Source of the DNA: Guillardia theta CCMP2712
Taxonomy: Eukaryota > Protista > Cryptophyta
Direction of reading: 5' to 3'
Length of the DNA: 64,000 nucleotides
Assembly: GCF_000315625.1 (NCBI RefSeq)
Contig: NW_005434644.1
Coordinates: 254,973 to 318,972 of the forward strand
The first letter of the stretch is position 1; every line of letters starts with the position of its first letter. This document shows, one piece after another, positions 1-11,110 of this stretch. Under the pieces are notes generated by a model. It was given only the letters and a program-made list of their open reading frames with translations. It was not told the origin of the DNA and made no database searches. Both the position numbers and the translations under genes were made by a program.

Positions 1-3000
1 GCAGAGCTCGGCGCAGTTGGTCTTGCCGCTCCCGGTCGGGGCTCCGAGAAGGATGTTCACGTCGGTATGATAGAAGGAGTGGAAGACTTGCGTCTGGATG
101 GCGTTGAAGTGCGTGAACTTGTACAGCGACTCGAACTGCTCGTTCTGCAGCACTTCCTTGGGGAGCGGGCAGAGCTTGAGGAGGGAAGTGTGAGCTGGGT
201 ACTTGTCGGGGAGGGTCAGATCCTTGAGCGCTACCACCTCGACGTACTCCGCTCCCAGCCAGCGGTCGGAGATGACGCGGATCACGTACTGGGGCTGGAC
301 AGGCTCGAAGATGGGGACGGTGAAGGCAAGCGTGTGGGTCTCGTCCTTCTGCTTCTTGTGGAGCAGGAAGTACTCGGAGTGATAGATCTTCTCGTTCTCA
401 TTGTCCTCCACTATGATCCACCAGGGCTCCACCGTCCCGTGCACCCTGTCGCTCCACTCGAACTCTGCCCTGATCTTCATCATCACTCGCAGGATCGTCC
501 GCGTGATGGGCTGGACGGAGACGGACAGGTCGAGGTAGGGGAACTGCTGCACGAACTTCATGATGATCTTTCCCGACCCGTTCTGCCTGATGATGTTGCT
601 GATCTCAGTCGGGCTCATGTCCACCAGCCTCTCGAGTGTCAGCTTCTTCTCTTCCAGCCTGTACAGCCACTCGGCGGGGATGACGTGGCCGAACTGCCTT
701 AGGGGATGCTGGAAATCCCAGATCCTCCTCTCCACCACCTTGCAGAGGGTCAGCAGGCGCCCAGCAAGGGTCACCCACCCCTTCTTGAGCGAGAGCTCAA
801 ACAGCGCGCGGAAAATCCTCCCGGCGCTCTGCACCACGTGGTTCTGGTCGGCAACGAGGGCAAACCCGTCGATCTCGGCCTTGGAGATGTAGGACTGGAG
901 GAGGATGTTGACCTTGGCTGGAGGGTCGATGAGGATGCCCTCCCCTTCCACGAACTGCGTGTTGACCTTGATGGGACAGTCAACGAGGAGCTGGACAAGC
1001 TCCTGGTTCTCCTCGTCGCGCGCCTGGACGTTCTCGAACTCGGAGGAGCGGGAGAGGACGTCGAAGCAGTCGGCCTCCGTCATGGACGGGGAGACCAGCT
1101 CGTTGTAGAGCTCGAGCGACGCGAACTTGACGTAGAAGTGAGAGGCGACGATGCCGACGTCTGTCGTGTTGATGTTCTCCGTGTCAAAGTTGAACCTTGA
1201 CATCTTGGCCTGACAGAGCTCCTTGATGCTCATCATAATGAGCTCCCTGCAGCGCCGGTACAGCTGGGGGTCCTGCTGGATCTCCGAGAATTGGATGCCG
1301 TAGTTGGTCGGGTTCCTTAGCATGCGGACGTAGCAGTAGGTGTAGGACAGCCAGGCGACCGCCTCTCGGATGTTCCTGACCGTGCCCAGCACGATCTCAG
1401 CGTTGAGGTGATCGGTAAGGGAGCTCAGGAACTGCGACTCGATCGGGAGCGCGTTGTGCATCAGCTGGAGGTAGTGGTTGACCTGGTCGTGGGTGGTAAC
1501 GATGATCCCCTCGCCGCTCGTGTCAAACTGCGGCCTCCCTGCCCTACCGAAGATCTGCATCACGTCCAGGATCCCGAGCTCGACGAACTTTCCCTTCTTC
1601 GCGTCGTAGAGCTGCGTCCCCTTGATAATGACGGTGTGGGCAGGCAGGTTGACCCCCCAGGCAAGGGTCGCCGTGCAGCAAAGGACCTTGACGACGCCTT
1701 CGGAGAACATCTTCTCGACGATGTTGCGGTCCGACCTTAGGATCCCCGCGTGGTGGACGGAGAAGCCGTTGGCAAACAGCTCGCGGATTTCCTTGTTCCT
1801 CGACTTCATCACCGTCTTGTTCCAGAACTCATACCTCGGATGCTCCCGCATGTCAAAGACCCCGAGAGTTCCTTCCTGCTGCGCCATCTCCACCAGAGTC
1901 CGAGCTGTCTTCAGCGTATCCTTGCGAGAGTGGACGAAGACCATGACCTGGTACCCAGCCTTGATCCGCTCGAGCGCCTTCTTGTAAGTCACCTCCAGCA
2001 TCGTGTACTTCTGCTTGTTCGGGTTATTCCCTAGCACGCCGATGAAGGCCGTCTCGAGAGGAACGGGGCGGAAAGAGTTGTCAAAGTAGAACAGGTCCCT
2101 ATCGATGTTGACGCGGAGGAAGACCGCCACGTCCTTGTAAGTCGGGAGGGTGGCAGACAGCCCAACGATCCTGATCATCGTCTGCGACCTCTCGACCTGA
2201 CGGAGCGTCCTCGCAACGATGGCCTCGAGCACGGCGCCGCGGTCCTCGTTGAGCAAGTGGATCTCGTCGATGATGAGCAGCTTCACCAGGTCCGTGAGAG
2301 CGGCGTCGGAGCTCTTCCTCGTGATCACGTCCCATTTCTCAGGCGTCACCACCAGCATGTGCGTGTCGGTGATCTCCCTGCGGGAGAGCTGCATGTCGCC
2401 AGTCAGCTCCTTCACCACCAGCCCGAGCTTGCCCAGCCTCTTAGAGAACTTCTCCGTAACCTCGGCCGCAAGGGCCTTCATGGGAGCCACGTAGACGATC
2501 TTGAACTCCTCGCTCTTCAGCACCCCTCGCTCTATGTGCCGCTCGATACACTGGAGCACCGTCATCATCGCACACTCCGTCTTGCCCGCTCCCGTCGGCG
2601 CACAGACCAGCATGTTGTTGCCTGTCTGGTACGCGACTGGGAAGACGATGGACTGCACCCTGTTCAAACTCTTCATCCCCTCGAACGCTGGCTGGCAGAA
2701 GGCAGAGAACTCTGTAACAGGAATGAGCCTCTCGCTCGTCCTGGGCTTCGCGGGGGTAACAGCCGGTACCGTGATCTCCTCATAATTGTCCTTCTTGTAC
2801 ATAACGCGCTTCGTGCCAGCAGGCAGCTGAACTTTAGAGATCCCCGCGAAGCCAGCCACAGAGCCATCGAAGGTTGTCTTCCTGTCTCCTGATGCTCGCT
2901 CCGAGTCCTCGTCCCTCCTCGTCCGCACTGACAGAGGATCCACGCCCTGGCTGATGAGCCAACCTGCCTGATCTATCTCCTCTTTCCGCCTCTTCTTGTC

Positions 3001-3990
3001 TTCTCTCCGCTGCAGCTTCAGCTGCTGCTGCTCGGAGCTAGACGTGATGTTGAACCCCGCGCTGAAGGCCTGCCTTGAGGAGCGAGCAGAAGGAAGCGAT
3101 TCAGTTCGCATCGCCTGAACGTGGAGGGCCATCATGGTCCGGTGGGAGATGAGGGAGGAGATCAGCTCGAAGGCCTCGAACCCGAGCAGGTCGAAGAGCA
3201 CTGACTCGATCTCTGGTTTGCTTGAGGAGATGATGCTGTAAACCTCCTTGACGATGTTGTCGGCTGGCAGTCCTTGTCTTGAGCAGTGCTCGAGCAGGCG
3301 CGACTCGAGCACCTCCGCATCACTGCAGGCCTTGCCATCGAGCTCGGCGCTTTCATGGGACTCGTCGCGGTTTCTACTTTCATCTCTATTGTCGTCCTCC
3401 GCGTCGTCTGTTTCGTCAGAGGAGTGCTGCAGCGGCCTCTTCCCAAGCTCTTGGATCCAGTCGATGGCGTTCTTCCGGTTGACAAGGCAAGACAATGCAG
3501 GATTCTTAGGGGCAATGTCGCGTACTTCTTCTTCTTCTTCAGCTCTTCCATATTTTTTGCTCCACTCAAACAGGAACGATGAGATCTGCGACGCTTCCTT
3601 CAGCATGTCCTGCTCCAAATGCCCCAGCTCATGCGTGATTTCAGCGCGCTTCTCAACCTGCGACTTTCCTGGAGCTGTCAAAGTCTCGTAGATCATCTTC
3701 GCAGCTCCATGAAGCTCCTCAGAGCTGATCTCTCCTCCGAGCATGTCGGCAACCACCTGCATGAGCCTCGCGTGCTTCTTTCTCGCGTCAGTATGCTCAG
3801 CATCCGGTTTACCAGCGAGCTCGCCAGCAAACCTCGTCCAGGAGAAGCTCTCTCCTCTTCCTCTTCCCTGCGCTCTCCTCGCCTGTGCCAGCGCCTGTGA
3901 TCGCATTGCGACGTGTCTGTGGACATCGAAGGAACCGCCCTCCTTCAACTTCGCCCGCATGGCGCCAGTGAGCCTTGGAGGCTCCAGCAT
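1..3990 (-). CDS. ASCC3: ASCC3/Slh1-type Ski2-like tandem helicase (5' part; runs off window start)
   Basis: ATG at 3990 gives MLEPPRLTGAMR, resembling the ASCC3 N-terminus MALPRLTGALR. The same frame contains APTGAGKT, VTTPEKWDVITRK, IIDEIHLL, QIFGRAGRPQFD, a Sec63 region and a second cassette FTHFNAIQTQVF...GAPTGSGKT at the window start. The frame is consistent with 1330 codons and no intron. Confidence 0.93.
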   Translation of the reverse strand, partial: MLEPPRLTGAMRAKLKEGGSFDVHRHVAMRSQALAQARRAQGRGRGESFSWTRFAGELAGKPDAEHTDARKKHARLMQVVADMLGGEISSEELHGAAKMIYETLTAPGKSQVEKRAEITHELGHLEQDMLKEASQISSFLFEWSKKYGRAEEEEEVRDIAPKNPALSCLVNRKNAIDWIQELGKRPLQHSSDETDDAEDDNRDESRNRDESHESAELDGKACSDAEVLESRLLEHCSRQGLPADNIVKEVYSIISSSKPEIESVLFDLLGFEAFELISSLISHRTMMALHVQAMRTESLPSARSSRQAFSAGFNITSSSEQQQLKLQRREDKKRRKEEIDQAGWLISQGVDPLSVRTRRDEDSERASGDRKTTFDGSVAGFAGISKVQLPAGTKRVMYKKDNYEEITVPAVTPAKPRTSERLIPVTEFSAFCQPAFEGMKSLNRVQSIVFPVAYQTGNNMLVCAPTGAGKTECAMMTVLQCIERHIERGVLKSEEFKIVYVAPMKALAAEVTEKFSKRLGKLGLVVKELTGDMQLSRREITDTHMLVVTPEKWDVITRKSSDAALTDLVKLLIIDEIHLLNEDRGAVLEAIVARTLRQVERSQTMIRIVGLSATLPTYKDVAVFLRVNIDRDLFYFDNSFRPVPLETAFIGVLGNNPNKQKYTMLEVTYKKALERIKAGYQVMVFVHSRKDTLKTARTLVEMAQQEGTLGVFDMREHPRYEFWNKTVMKSRNKEIRELFANGFSVHHAGILRSDRNIVEKMFSEGVVKVLCCTATLAWGVNLPAHTVIIKGTQLYDAKKGKFVELGILDVMQIFGRAGRPQFDTSGEGIIVTTHDQVNHYLQLMHNALPIESQFLSSLTDHLNAEIVLGTVRNIREAVAWLSYTYCYVRMLRNPTNYGIQFSEIQQDPQLYRRCRELIMMSIKELCQAKMSRFNFDTENINTTDVGIVASHFYVKFASLELYNELVSPSMTEADCFDVLSRSSEFENVQARDEENQELVQLLVDCPIKVNTQFVEGEGILIDPPAKVNILLQSYISKAEIDGFALVADQNHVVQSAGRIFRALFELSLKKGWVTLAGRLLTLCKVVERRIWDFQHPLRQFGHVIPAEWLYRLEEKKLTLERLVDMSPTEISNIIRQNGSGKIIMKFVQQFPYLDLSVSVQPITRTILRVMMKIRAEFEWSDRVHGTVEPWWIIVEDNENEKIYHSEYFLLHKKQKDETHTLAFTVPIFEPVQPQYVIRVISDRWLGAEYVEVVALKDLTLPDKYPAHTSLLKLCPLPKEVLQNEQFESLYKFTHFNAIQTQVFHSFYHTDVNILLGAPTGSGKTNCAELC

Positions 3991-4382
3991 GATCCTTAGT
4001 TGTCCGGCACGTAGGAGGCCACCACGCCGGGCCCGGCCCGGGCGCGGCCCGCCCGGCCCGGTCACTGAGTTACTAGGCTCAGTCGGAGCCTCGGAGCCTC
4101 GGAGCCTAGGCCGGGAGACCGTCGGACCGTGCTAGTAAGACTCGAAAGACTCGGACGCTCCGAGCGGCCCGGCGGCCCCGGCGGCGCGGCTGGCCCCGGC
4201 CGGGACCCGATGACCGGCGGTCCCAGGACTCGACTCCCCGGCGGACGGTCCGTTACGATAGCCCGGCGCAGAGCCTCGCCGGGAGCACTGCCGCACCCAG
4301 TTGCCGGGCCCGGGTGGCTGTAAACGGCAAGACGGCGGCGCCGGGACCCTTACGTGTTTACCGTCATCAGCGTGTCAAAGCC

Positions 4383-4716
4383 TTTCTTTACTCAAACGGT
4401 TGAGTTAAAAATCAGTACGAGGACAATCAGGAGCGGCGGCGAGTGACTCTGAGAAGGCCGGCGCTTGACCCTGACAAGAGAAACCTGAAGACAGCGTCAC
4501 TTAACTGCGCGCCGCAGGACAGCCTGGGGACAATGAGAGTCCCGGGACGCCGTCCCCCGCGCCATGTCAGCGACTCCCCGGCGATGTCCGACGCCGCTGT
4601 GGCCCGGCCCGGGCCGCCGCGGCCGACTCGCAGACTGAAGGAACAAGTGCTGCCGTACGGCTAGTACGGTACTGAGCCTGGACGGTACTCTGTCACTAGT
4701 ACTTTGAGTAAAGAAA
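4383..4716. mobile_element. Candidate MITE-like element bounded by a 14-bp perfect inverted repeat
   Basis: TTTCTTTACTCAAA (4383-4396) and TTTGAGTAAAGAAA (4703-4716). A 24-nt internal string is identical to 48556-48579. No TSD seen. Confidence 0.45.
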
Positions 4717-5562
4717 TGATGTACGCAAGAAAGTACTTTTATTTTATTACTCATTTTGTAATTGTGATCGGACCGTGACGTCAGGCCAACACATCTCCGA
4801 GTCACGAGTCGGTCAGTCGTCGAGTGAAGGCAAATTGACCGCTGCAGCGGGGGCGGCCGCCGCGAATAAGCCGATTACTACTGGCAGAAAAAACAGTCAA
4901 TATTATATCTCTGGTACTGCGACATAAAACACGTAGAAATATGACGAAGATGGTCGATTATTGAGTAACCGATCTCTGACCCGTGTAACAAAAAAAGGCA
5001 CCGCTTGGAAGCTGGGGGAGATCACAAGATATTGTGTCCCGTAATGAGGGACATAGTTGGGAAGACAGGGGTGGGGGTACTCCAAGGGAAGACTTGGAAA
5101 AAAACGAATTTTGACTCTGGGAACATGTCTTGTTGAAGAGGTCAATTGAAAAGGGGTGGAAAGATCGAGGGGGGTTGCAAAGGCAGGGTCCACATGCGAG
5201 GAGATGTAGGGGAAAGGAGGGGTACCGTCGGAAGAAGTCGGGGTTCGCTCTAATAATGGGAACCACGTGTAGGGTCGCACATCATGGCTCAGAGCGTCTG
5301 CTGATATCTAATATATTTATAAAAATTTAAGGGGTCTAATAATCTTTGAAATGGCATCTTTTGGTATCTCAGACGAAAACCGCCCCCGTCTTTCCCCTTC
5401 ATATTCCCTTTACCTCGCCACTGGCACCCATCCTAGCACAACTCTACGTCTCCAGTCCTCAACAGTCGTCCCTCCCTCCCTCCCTCCACTTCCTTCCATC
5501 TCGGCTCCATCTCTTTTTCCTCCTGCCTGCCTGCTTGATTCGCCTTCTCCTTCCAATAGCAC

Positions 5563-5967
5563 ATGATCAGAACTGAAATGAGCATCCAAATTGATCATCA
5601 CGACGAACTTGAGCACACATTGCAAGAAGAATTATTTTTTCAGGGTAGAGATGCACCTATTGTAAGGGTGCCGAGACTCCAAAAGGGCGTGGAAGAAAGT
5701 ATCAATGCTGTGAACCAAGTACCCAAGGCAGCCATTACTCTGAAAGGTAGCTTCAAGCTCAAGGCTGCGAAACATACCGGCAGCAAGTTGGTGCACACTG
5801 AGGGTGCACCTGGACTGCTCCTTGGCAATGTGGTGGACGCAGCAAAGAAGGCGATTTTGTCTGGAAAGAGAATACAGATCAACCAAGCTATGGCTGACCT
5901 GGTGGAAGAAAGTCTCGACGATAAGACCAGAAACGCTCAAATCAATCAAAAAAGCCTCAAGCTCTAG
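5563..5967 (+). CDS. Hypothetical protein (134 aa, intronless)
   Basis: ORF with protein-like composition followed by an AT-rich 3' region; no recognisable motif. Confidence 0.4.
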   Translation: MIRTEMSIQIDHHDELEHTLQEELFFQGRDAPIVRVPRLQKGVEESINAVNQVPKAAITLKGSFKLKAAKHTGSKLVHTEGAPGLLLGNVVDAAKKAILSGKRIQINQAMADLVEESLDDKTRNAQINQKSLKL

Positions 5968-6251
5968 AAAAGAATCTCTGAACGAATTACCTTTTTCGTT
6001 GTCAGTGTATATTAATCTATCACATCTCTATAAAATTCCGTAACTAATCAACATGCTTGGTGTTGTACCGAATGTAAAGGATATAACGATGTTGTCAAGC
6101 TGACATTTTGTTCTGTCAGCATTCAACTTGCAAATTCAATACTCTCGTCACTTTATTCAGATGGTACATGGGGCCACTTGCATCTGCACTTTAGGTCATG
6201 AAGGCTATCAGAATGAACAGCGCTTCGAAGGAGCAATCAGACCGACCGTGG

Positions 6252-7706
6252 TCAAGCTGCTCTCAAGCTGCAGATTTGTTGGTGCACAGTGACGTAAGAC
6301 ATGAAGTAATAACTATTCTCCTGCTGCTCCCATGCTCTTTCTCCATAGAATCTCTTGATCAGCGCCTTGTAGGCTCGGTCAAAGACCCTGTGGTAGTTTT
6401 CTATGTCGATGCTTTCCCCATCTTGTAAATCGCCCAATGTCCTTGCAGTTTCCTCCAGGGTCTCCACGACCTCCCTTGCCTTCTTCAGATCTTTCCCCAG
6501 GGCATCACTGCAATACTCATGTGCCAACAAATGTTTCAAAGGCCCAATCTTCTTGCAAGCTCCATTCATAATCCTCTGCTCTCCTAAGTGCCATAGTTCC
6601 CATAGATCCCTGCAATCGACATTGTGGGGCAACCTGTAGTTCTTGGCCACCATTGAAAGGTGGTCGTCTACTTCAAAAGGTTCCTTTGTCGAAATGGCAT
6701 CTCCGGCAGTGGCGTCGTCCGCAGCCAGTGATTCCTTTGACCTCCTCCTCTTATCAGCATGGCTGCATGCATCCCTTGATTTGCTCGGAGCATCGAACAA
6801 GACTTGCAGCTGCTCAACAACGCTGTCCATCATGTCAATGTCTACTTGTTCGAGTTCCTCTTGAGAGTCTAGGTTATCTCCCTTCGTTGCCAATTGACTC
6901 CATACAGAACCCCCGTCTGCCTTCGGAACATCACAAATGGTTCTCTTAAGCTGCTTGCGCAAATGCAAATGCTGCGCCTCTTGCTGCATTCGTGTGTTTT
7001 CTTGGCTGATATTCTTTCGTTTGGGGCTGATTGCATGGTCTTGCTGTCGGGTTCCATCGGATGGCTCCTGCTTCAGATGCACGGAGGAACTCTGGATGAA
7101 CTCATCTAGATTCTCCTCTAATGACATCCCAGTCTCTTCGACAACGCCGATGGCTGTGAAAGGAACGTTGTGCAAACAATAATACTCCTTCAATGCATCT
7201 CGGTACCCCTCTAGCACCCCAAATGACCGCGAAACCCTCTTTTCCGCAATCTTTCTATCACCTTCGTGCATGTCATCAGACTCATTGGAAGCACTGGTGT
7301 CGCTGTCTGTCTCTTCGTCCTCACGTATCCTCCTCTTTCTCGGACACGAATGGTCTCTCCTCCTGACCAGATATCCAAACAATCTCTTCACGCACATCCA
7401 AGTCAGAGGCAGCTTCAGCTCCAACCTTTCCGGCTCGTACACGGCTTCCGAGTAGCTTCCATGGTCCTCGCCTGCTGCTTTCCTCCTGATGAACTCGATG
7501 ATCTCGTGCATTCTCAATTTCGTACTCTCTGACAACGTCTTGTACGACCTCGTATCCCTCGCTCCCACCCGTGTCTCTTCCCTTCCTTCTTCCTCTTCCT
7601 CCCTCCTTTCACCACGCACGCCATTGTTCGGCTCGCAATCGTCTACGCCGTGGTCCGGCATGGCAGGCAGCCCAAGCGTGAAGTGCGGACATGCCGAGCC
7701 CTCCAT
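6252..7706 (-). CDS. Crypton-like protein: recombinase N-terminal (SAM-like) region plus C-terminal GCR1_C-like domain
   Basis: LPLTW..VKRLFGYL...SFGVLEGYRDALKEYY resembles the Crypton/tyrosine recombinase core-binding region. YRLPHNVDCRDLWELWHLG...IGPLKHL resembles GCR1_C. Intronless; no YR catalytic domain recognised. Confidence 0.6.
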   Translation of the reverse strand: MEGSACPHFTLGLPAMPDHGVDDCEPNNGVRGERREEEEEGREETRVGARDTRSYKTLSESTKLRMHEIIEFIRRKAAGEDHGSYSEAVYEPERLELKLPLTWMCVKRLFGYLVRRRDHSCPRKRRIREDEETDSDTSASNESDDMHEGDRKIAEKRVSRSFGVLEGYRDALKEYYCLHNVPFTAIGVVEETGMSLEENLDEFIQSSSVHLKQEPSDGTRQQDHAISPKRKNISQENTRMQQEAQHLHLRKQLKRTICDVPKADGGSVWSQLATKGDNLDSQEELEQVDIDMMDSVVEQLQVLFDAPSKSRDACSHADKRRRSKESLAADDATAGDAISTKEPFEVDDHLSMVAKNYRLPHNVDCRDLWELWHLGEQRIMNGACKKIGPLKHLLAHEYCSDALGKDLKKAREVVETLEETARTLGDLQDGESIDIENYHRVFDRAYKALIKRFYGERAWEQQENSYYFMSYVTVHQQICSLRAA

Positions 7707-7857
7707 TTTGCGCGCCAAGGGGCTCAAATCTTTAGTCAAATAGGAAAATTGTGGGGGCAGCGAGTCGAAGTGATTTCCAATTAGAAGGTCGAATAAGGGA
7801 GTCCCGAGTGTCTCAGTCGGGGCATGCTGGAGCCCACCAGGCTATACGGCCACACCG

Positions 7858-7958
<101 letters not shown>

Positions 7959-7972
7959 TCCTCTAACCTCTG

Positions 7973-10536
7973 ATGTCATTTTCTTTACCTTCTCGTCTCC
8001 TCCTTGTCCTGGTGACTCTCCTTCTGTTGTTCCTGTGTGAAAACGCCTGGGCCCGTAAACCTCCGCCAAGCAGAGGATCCAAAGGAGGGCAACGCGCTCG
8101 TCGCTTCGAGGATGGGCCCTGTGGTCCCGGTGAGCTTTGTGAGAGCGTATCATAGCTAAGATGAGAAGATCCTTGGGGGATAGATAGCGCAACTCCCGGG
8201 CGGCAGTAATGCAGAGCAGAGATAGATGAGACAGCGAGGGGGGCGGAGGTGCTGGAGCTACCCGGTTGACACTTGCGCAGGGAGCGTGACTGATCCTGAC
8301 AGCCTCCAGTATGCGATTGAAAAGGGCAAGGGCGGAGACATGGCGGCGGCTGAAACGTGTCTTCTTGCGTACATCGAAGAGCGGTGAGATGATATGTACA
8401 TGGAGGACAGGGGGAAGTGAGCTCTAGTCTTCAGACCTGAGGACGTCCAGGCTCTCTGCCTGCTCTCCGAAGTCTACGCCAGGACACAGAGGTTTGAGAA
8501 ATCATCAGAGGCGGCGGAGCAGGCGCTCATGGTCGACCCCGACTCGACCGAGAGCCTCTTCCTGAAAGCAAGGTGAGGCAGTAGCAGCAGTAGCAGCAGC
8601 AAGGCTCGCTCACGTCCTTGGCAGTGCCTTGATGGCGATGCACGAATACAGCACGTCACGGGAGTTCTTCGAGCGAGCGCTGGAGATCGATCCCGAGCAC
8701 GTGAACAGCATGGTGAACTTGGGAGCACTGTTGGGCCACCTCAACGATCACAGAGCCGCTGTCAACGTCTACCGGCAAGCGCTTGCTCTGGCTCCTGACA
8801 TGTGGGTGGCGAAGCACAACTACGGGACGACCCTGCACTCGCTCAAGCTGTTTGCGCAAGCGCGGGAGATCCTGCAGGAGGTGTTCGACGTGAACCCGGG
8901 TTGCTTCGACTGCGCCATGAGCCTGGCGAACGCGCTGAAGGAGACTAGGGAGAACATTAAGTCCAAGGAGATGTACGAGCATGCTCTATGGCTGAACCCC
9001 CTCAGCCGCGAAGCCGTGCTGCACCTCTACACGGCCATGCAGGAGCTCGTGGACTGGGACGACCGAGATATCATGTTCGAGCGTGTCCTAAACGCCACCA
9101 GAGCTCAGCTGGAGGAAGGGAAAGTGCCGACAGTGAACCCTTACTACTCCCTCCTCTCGCCCTTCGGGCCTGAGATCATGCTCAAGATCGCCTTGTCGCA
9201 TGCGCAGCACGCTTACGACAAGGTGTCGAGCCTCCTGGTGGACGCGGACCTGAAGCGAGTCCCGTTGCCCGCGGGGGAGGGGGGAAAGGTGAACGTCGCG
9301 TACATGATGGCGGACTACAGGCAGCACGTCACCTCTCATCTCATCCAGACTGTCTTCGCTCGCCATGACGCCAGCAAGGTGTCTGCGTTTGCAATCGCGC
9401 TCAACGGGGACGATGGCGGGTCGTTCAGGAGGAGGATACGGGAGTCCGTTGGTGGTGATCGCTTCCTGGAGCTGTATGGGCAGTCTGACGCAGAAATCGC
9501 ATCGAGGATCAACCAACTTTCCATGCACGTCCTGGTCGACATCGACTACAACAAGGAAAGGCTCACCATTATGGCCTTCCGCCCAGCTCTGCTCCAGGTG
9601 ACGTGGCTGGCACATCCAGGGACCTCAGGCGCAAAGTTCGTCGACTACATCGTGCTGGACCAGGTGGTCGCACCGCCCGAACACGCTCAGTTTGTAGCGG
9701 AGAGGATCGTGTACATGAAACATCACTACCAGGTCAACGACCACAGGGTCTGCTACCCCTACGACGAGGTCGACAGGAGGGCGCTAAGGAGACAGGAGGG
9801 GCTGGAGGAGGACGCGCTGGTAGTTGCCAACTTCAACGGGCTGTACAAGATCGAGCCGGAGTCGTTCCACATCTGGAGAGATGGCATCTTGCGCTGCAAG
9901 GAGAGGGGCAGGGGAGGAGGCAGAGGAGGAGGAGGAGGAGCGAGCGAGCGGACCCCTTGCAAGGTGCAGCTGTGGCTGGTGAGCGAGGGGGAGGAGAGCA
10001 ACGAGAACATCCGTAAGGAGGCCGGACCCCTCCTCTCCCCGCTCATCGTCTTCGCGCAGAGGAGAGAGTTCGATGCTCATATCCGCCGCGCCGCCGCTGC
10101 CGACGTCTTCCTCGACAGCTTCACCTACAACGCACATACGACGGCGGTGGACGCGCTGTGGGGAGGGATCGCGGTGGTGACGCTGCCGGGGGAGACGATC
10201 GTGTCGAGGGTGGCGACGGGAGTGCTGGGAGGGTTCGGGCCAGGGTCAGAGACAGTGACAAGGACCACAGGAGAGTATGCAGAGTTGATAGGGCGCCTGC
10301 TGGAGGACCGGAGGATGCTAGAACGCCTGCGGAAGAGGATGATGATCGGGGGGAGGCATGGCCTGGAGAGCAGGTGAGGGAGGATGAGGTGGTGGTTGTT
10401 GTAGACGAGGAGGAGGAGGAAGAGGAGGAGGAGAGTCTGACGGAGGTTAGGCCGCTATTTGACTCGGAGGGGTGGATGCGAGACTTCGAGGGATGCCTGC
10501 TGCTCATGGTCGAGGCGGCGAGGGAGGACGAAGCAG
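7973..10536 (+). CDS. TPR + GT41 O-GlcNAc transferase-like protein with N-terminal signal peptide (multi-exon; 3' end may run into the gap)
   Basis: Hydrophobic leader RLLLVLVTLLLLFLCENAWA; TPRs; motifs ADYRQHVTSHL, RPALLQVTWLAHPGTSG, ANFNGLYKI, ADVFLDSFTYNAHTTAVDALWGG. Intron 10374-10450 joins RPLFDSEGWMRDFE. Confidence 0.88.
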
Positions 10537-10567
10537 GTGAGATACAGAGCAGGAGTAGGGAGAAGAG

Positions 10568-10667
10568 NNNNNNNNNNNNNNNNNNNNNNNNNNNNNNNNN
10601 NNNNNNNNNNNNNNNNNNNNNNNNNNNNNNNNNNNNNNNNNNNNNNNNNNNNNNNNNNNNNNNNNNN
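10568..10667. other. Assembly gap (100 N)
   Basis: N run flanked by GA-rich low-complexity sequence. Confidence 0.99.
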
Positions 10668-11033
10668 TGGAGGAGGAGGAGGAGAGGGGAGGGGGGGGAT
10701 AATGTTTCGATTTCAGGTGGAGTTGGAGGGAATGTCAGGGAGGGCAAGAGATGGCATATCGTCCGCTCGCACCGCAAGGAATGGGAATGGAAGAGCATCT
10801 TCAGCAGGGGATGATGAAGGAACAGGAACAAAGAATGGGAGAGAGGAGGAGGAGGAGGAGGCGGGGAGGGAGAGGAGAGAGGAGGGAAGGAGGAAGCGGT
10901 GGGTTGATGACAAACCGGAGGGGAGGAGAGAAGGACAAGAATAGACTTGTTCTCGAAAACGAAAATAAACAAACTACAAAGCATCATAACTGTACAAGGA
11001 CCAGGGCCAAATGTTACAACGGGAAACAGCAGG

Positions 11034-11065
<32 letters not shown>

Positions 11066-11110
11066 AAGGGGAGCAGGAGCAGGAGCAGGAGCACGGCTAT
11101 CTCCTTACCC

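Noticed and set aside
67-3900. Many plus-strand ORFs of 90-210 aa
   Set aside because: Antisense shadows of the GC3-rich ASCC3 frame.
1-3990. Brr2/SNRNP200 assignment
   Set aside because: The N-terminal PRLTGA.R and an intact-looking second Walker A (GAPTGSGKT) fit ASCC3/Slh1 better.
6252-7706. Crypton-like ORF as the Fanzor's mobilising recombinase
   Set aside because: It is 55 kb away across many host genes and has no recognisable catalytic domain.
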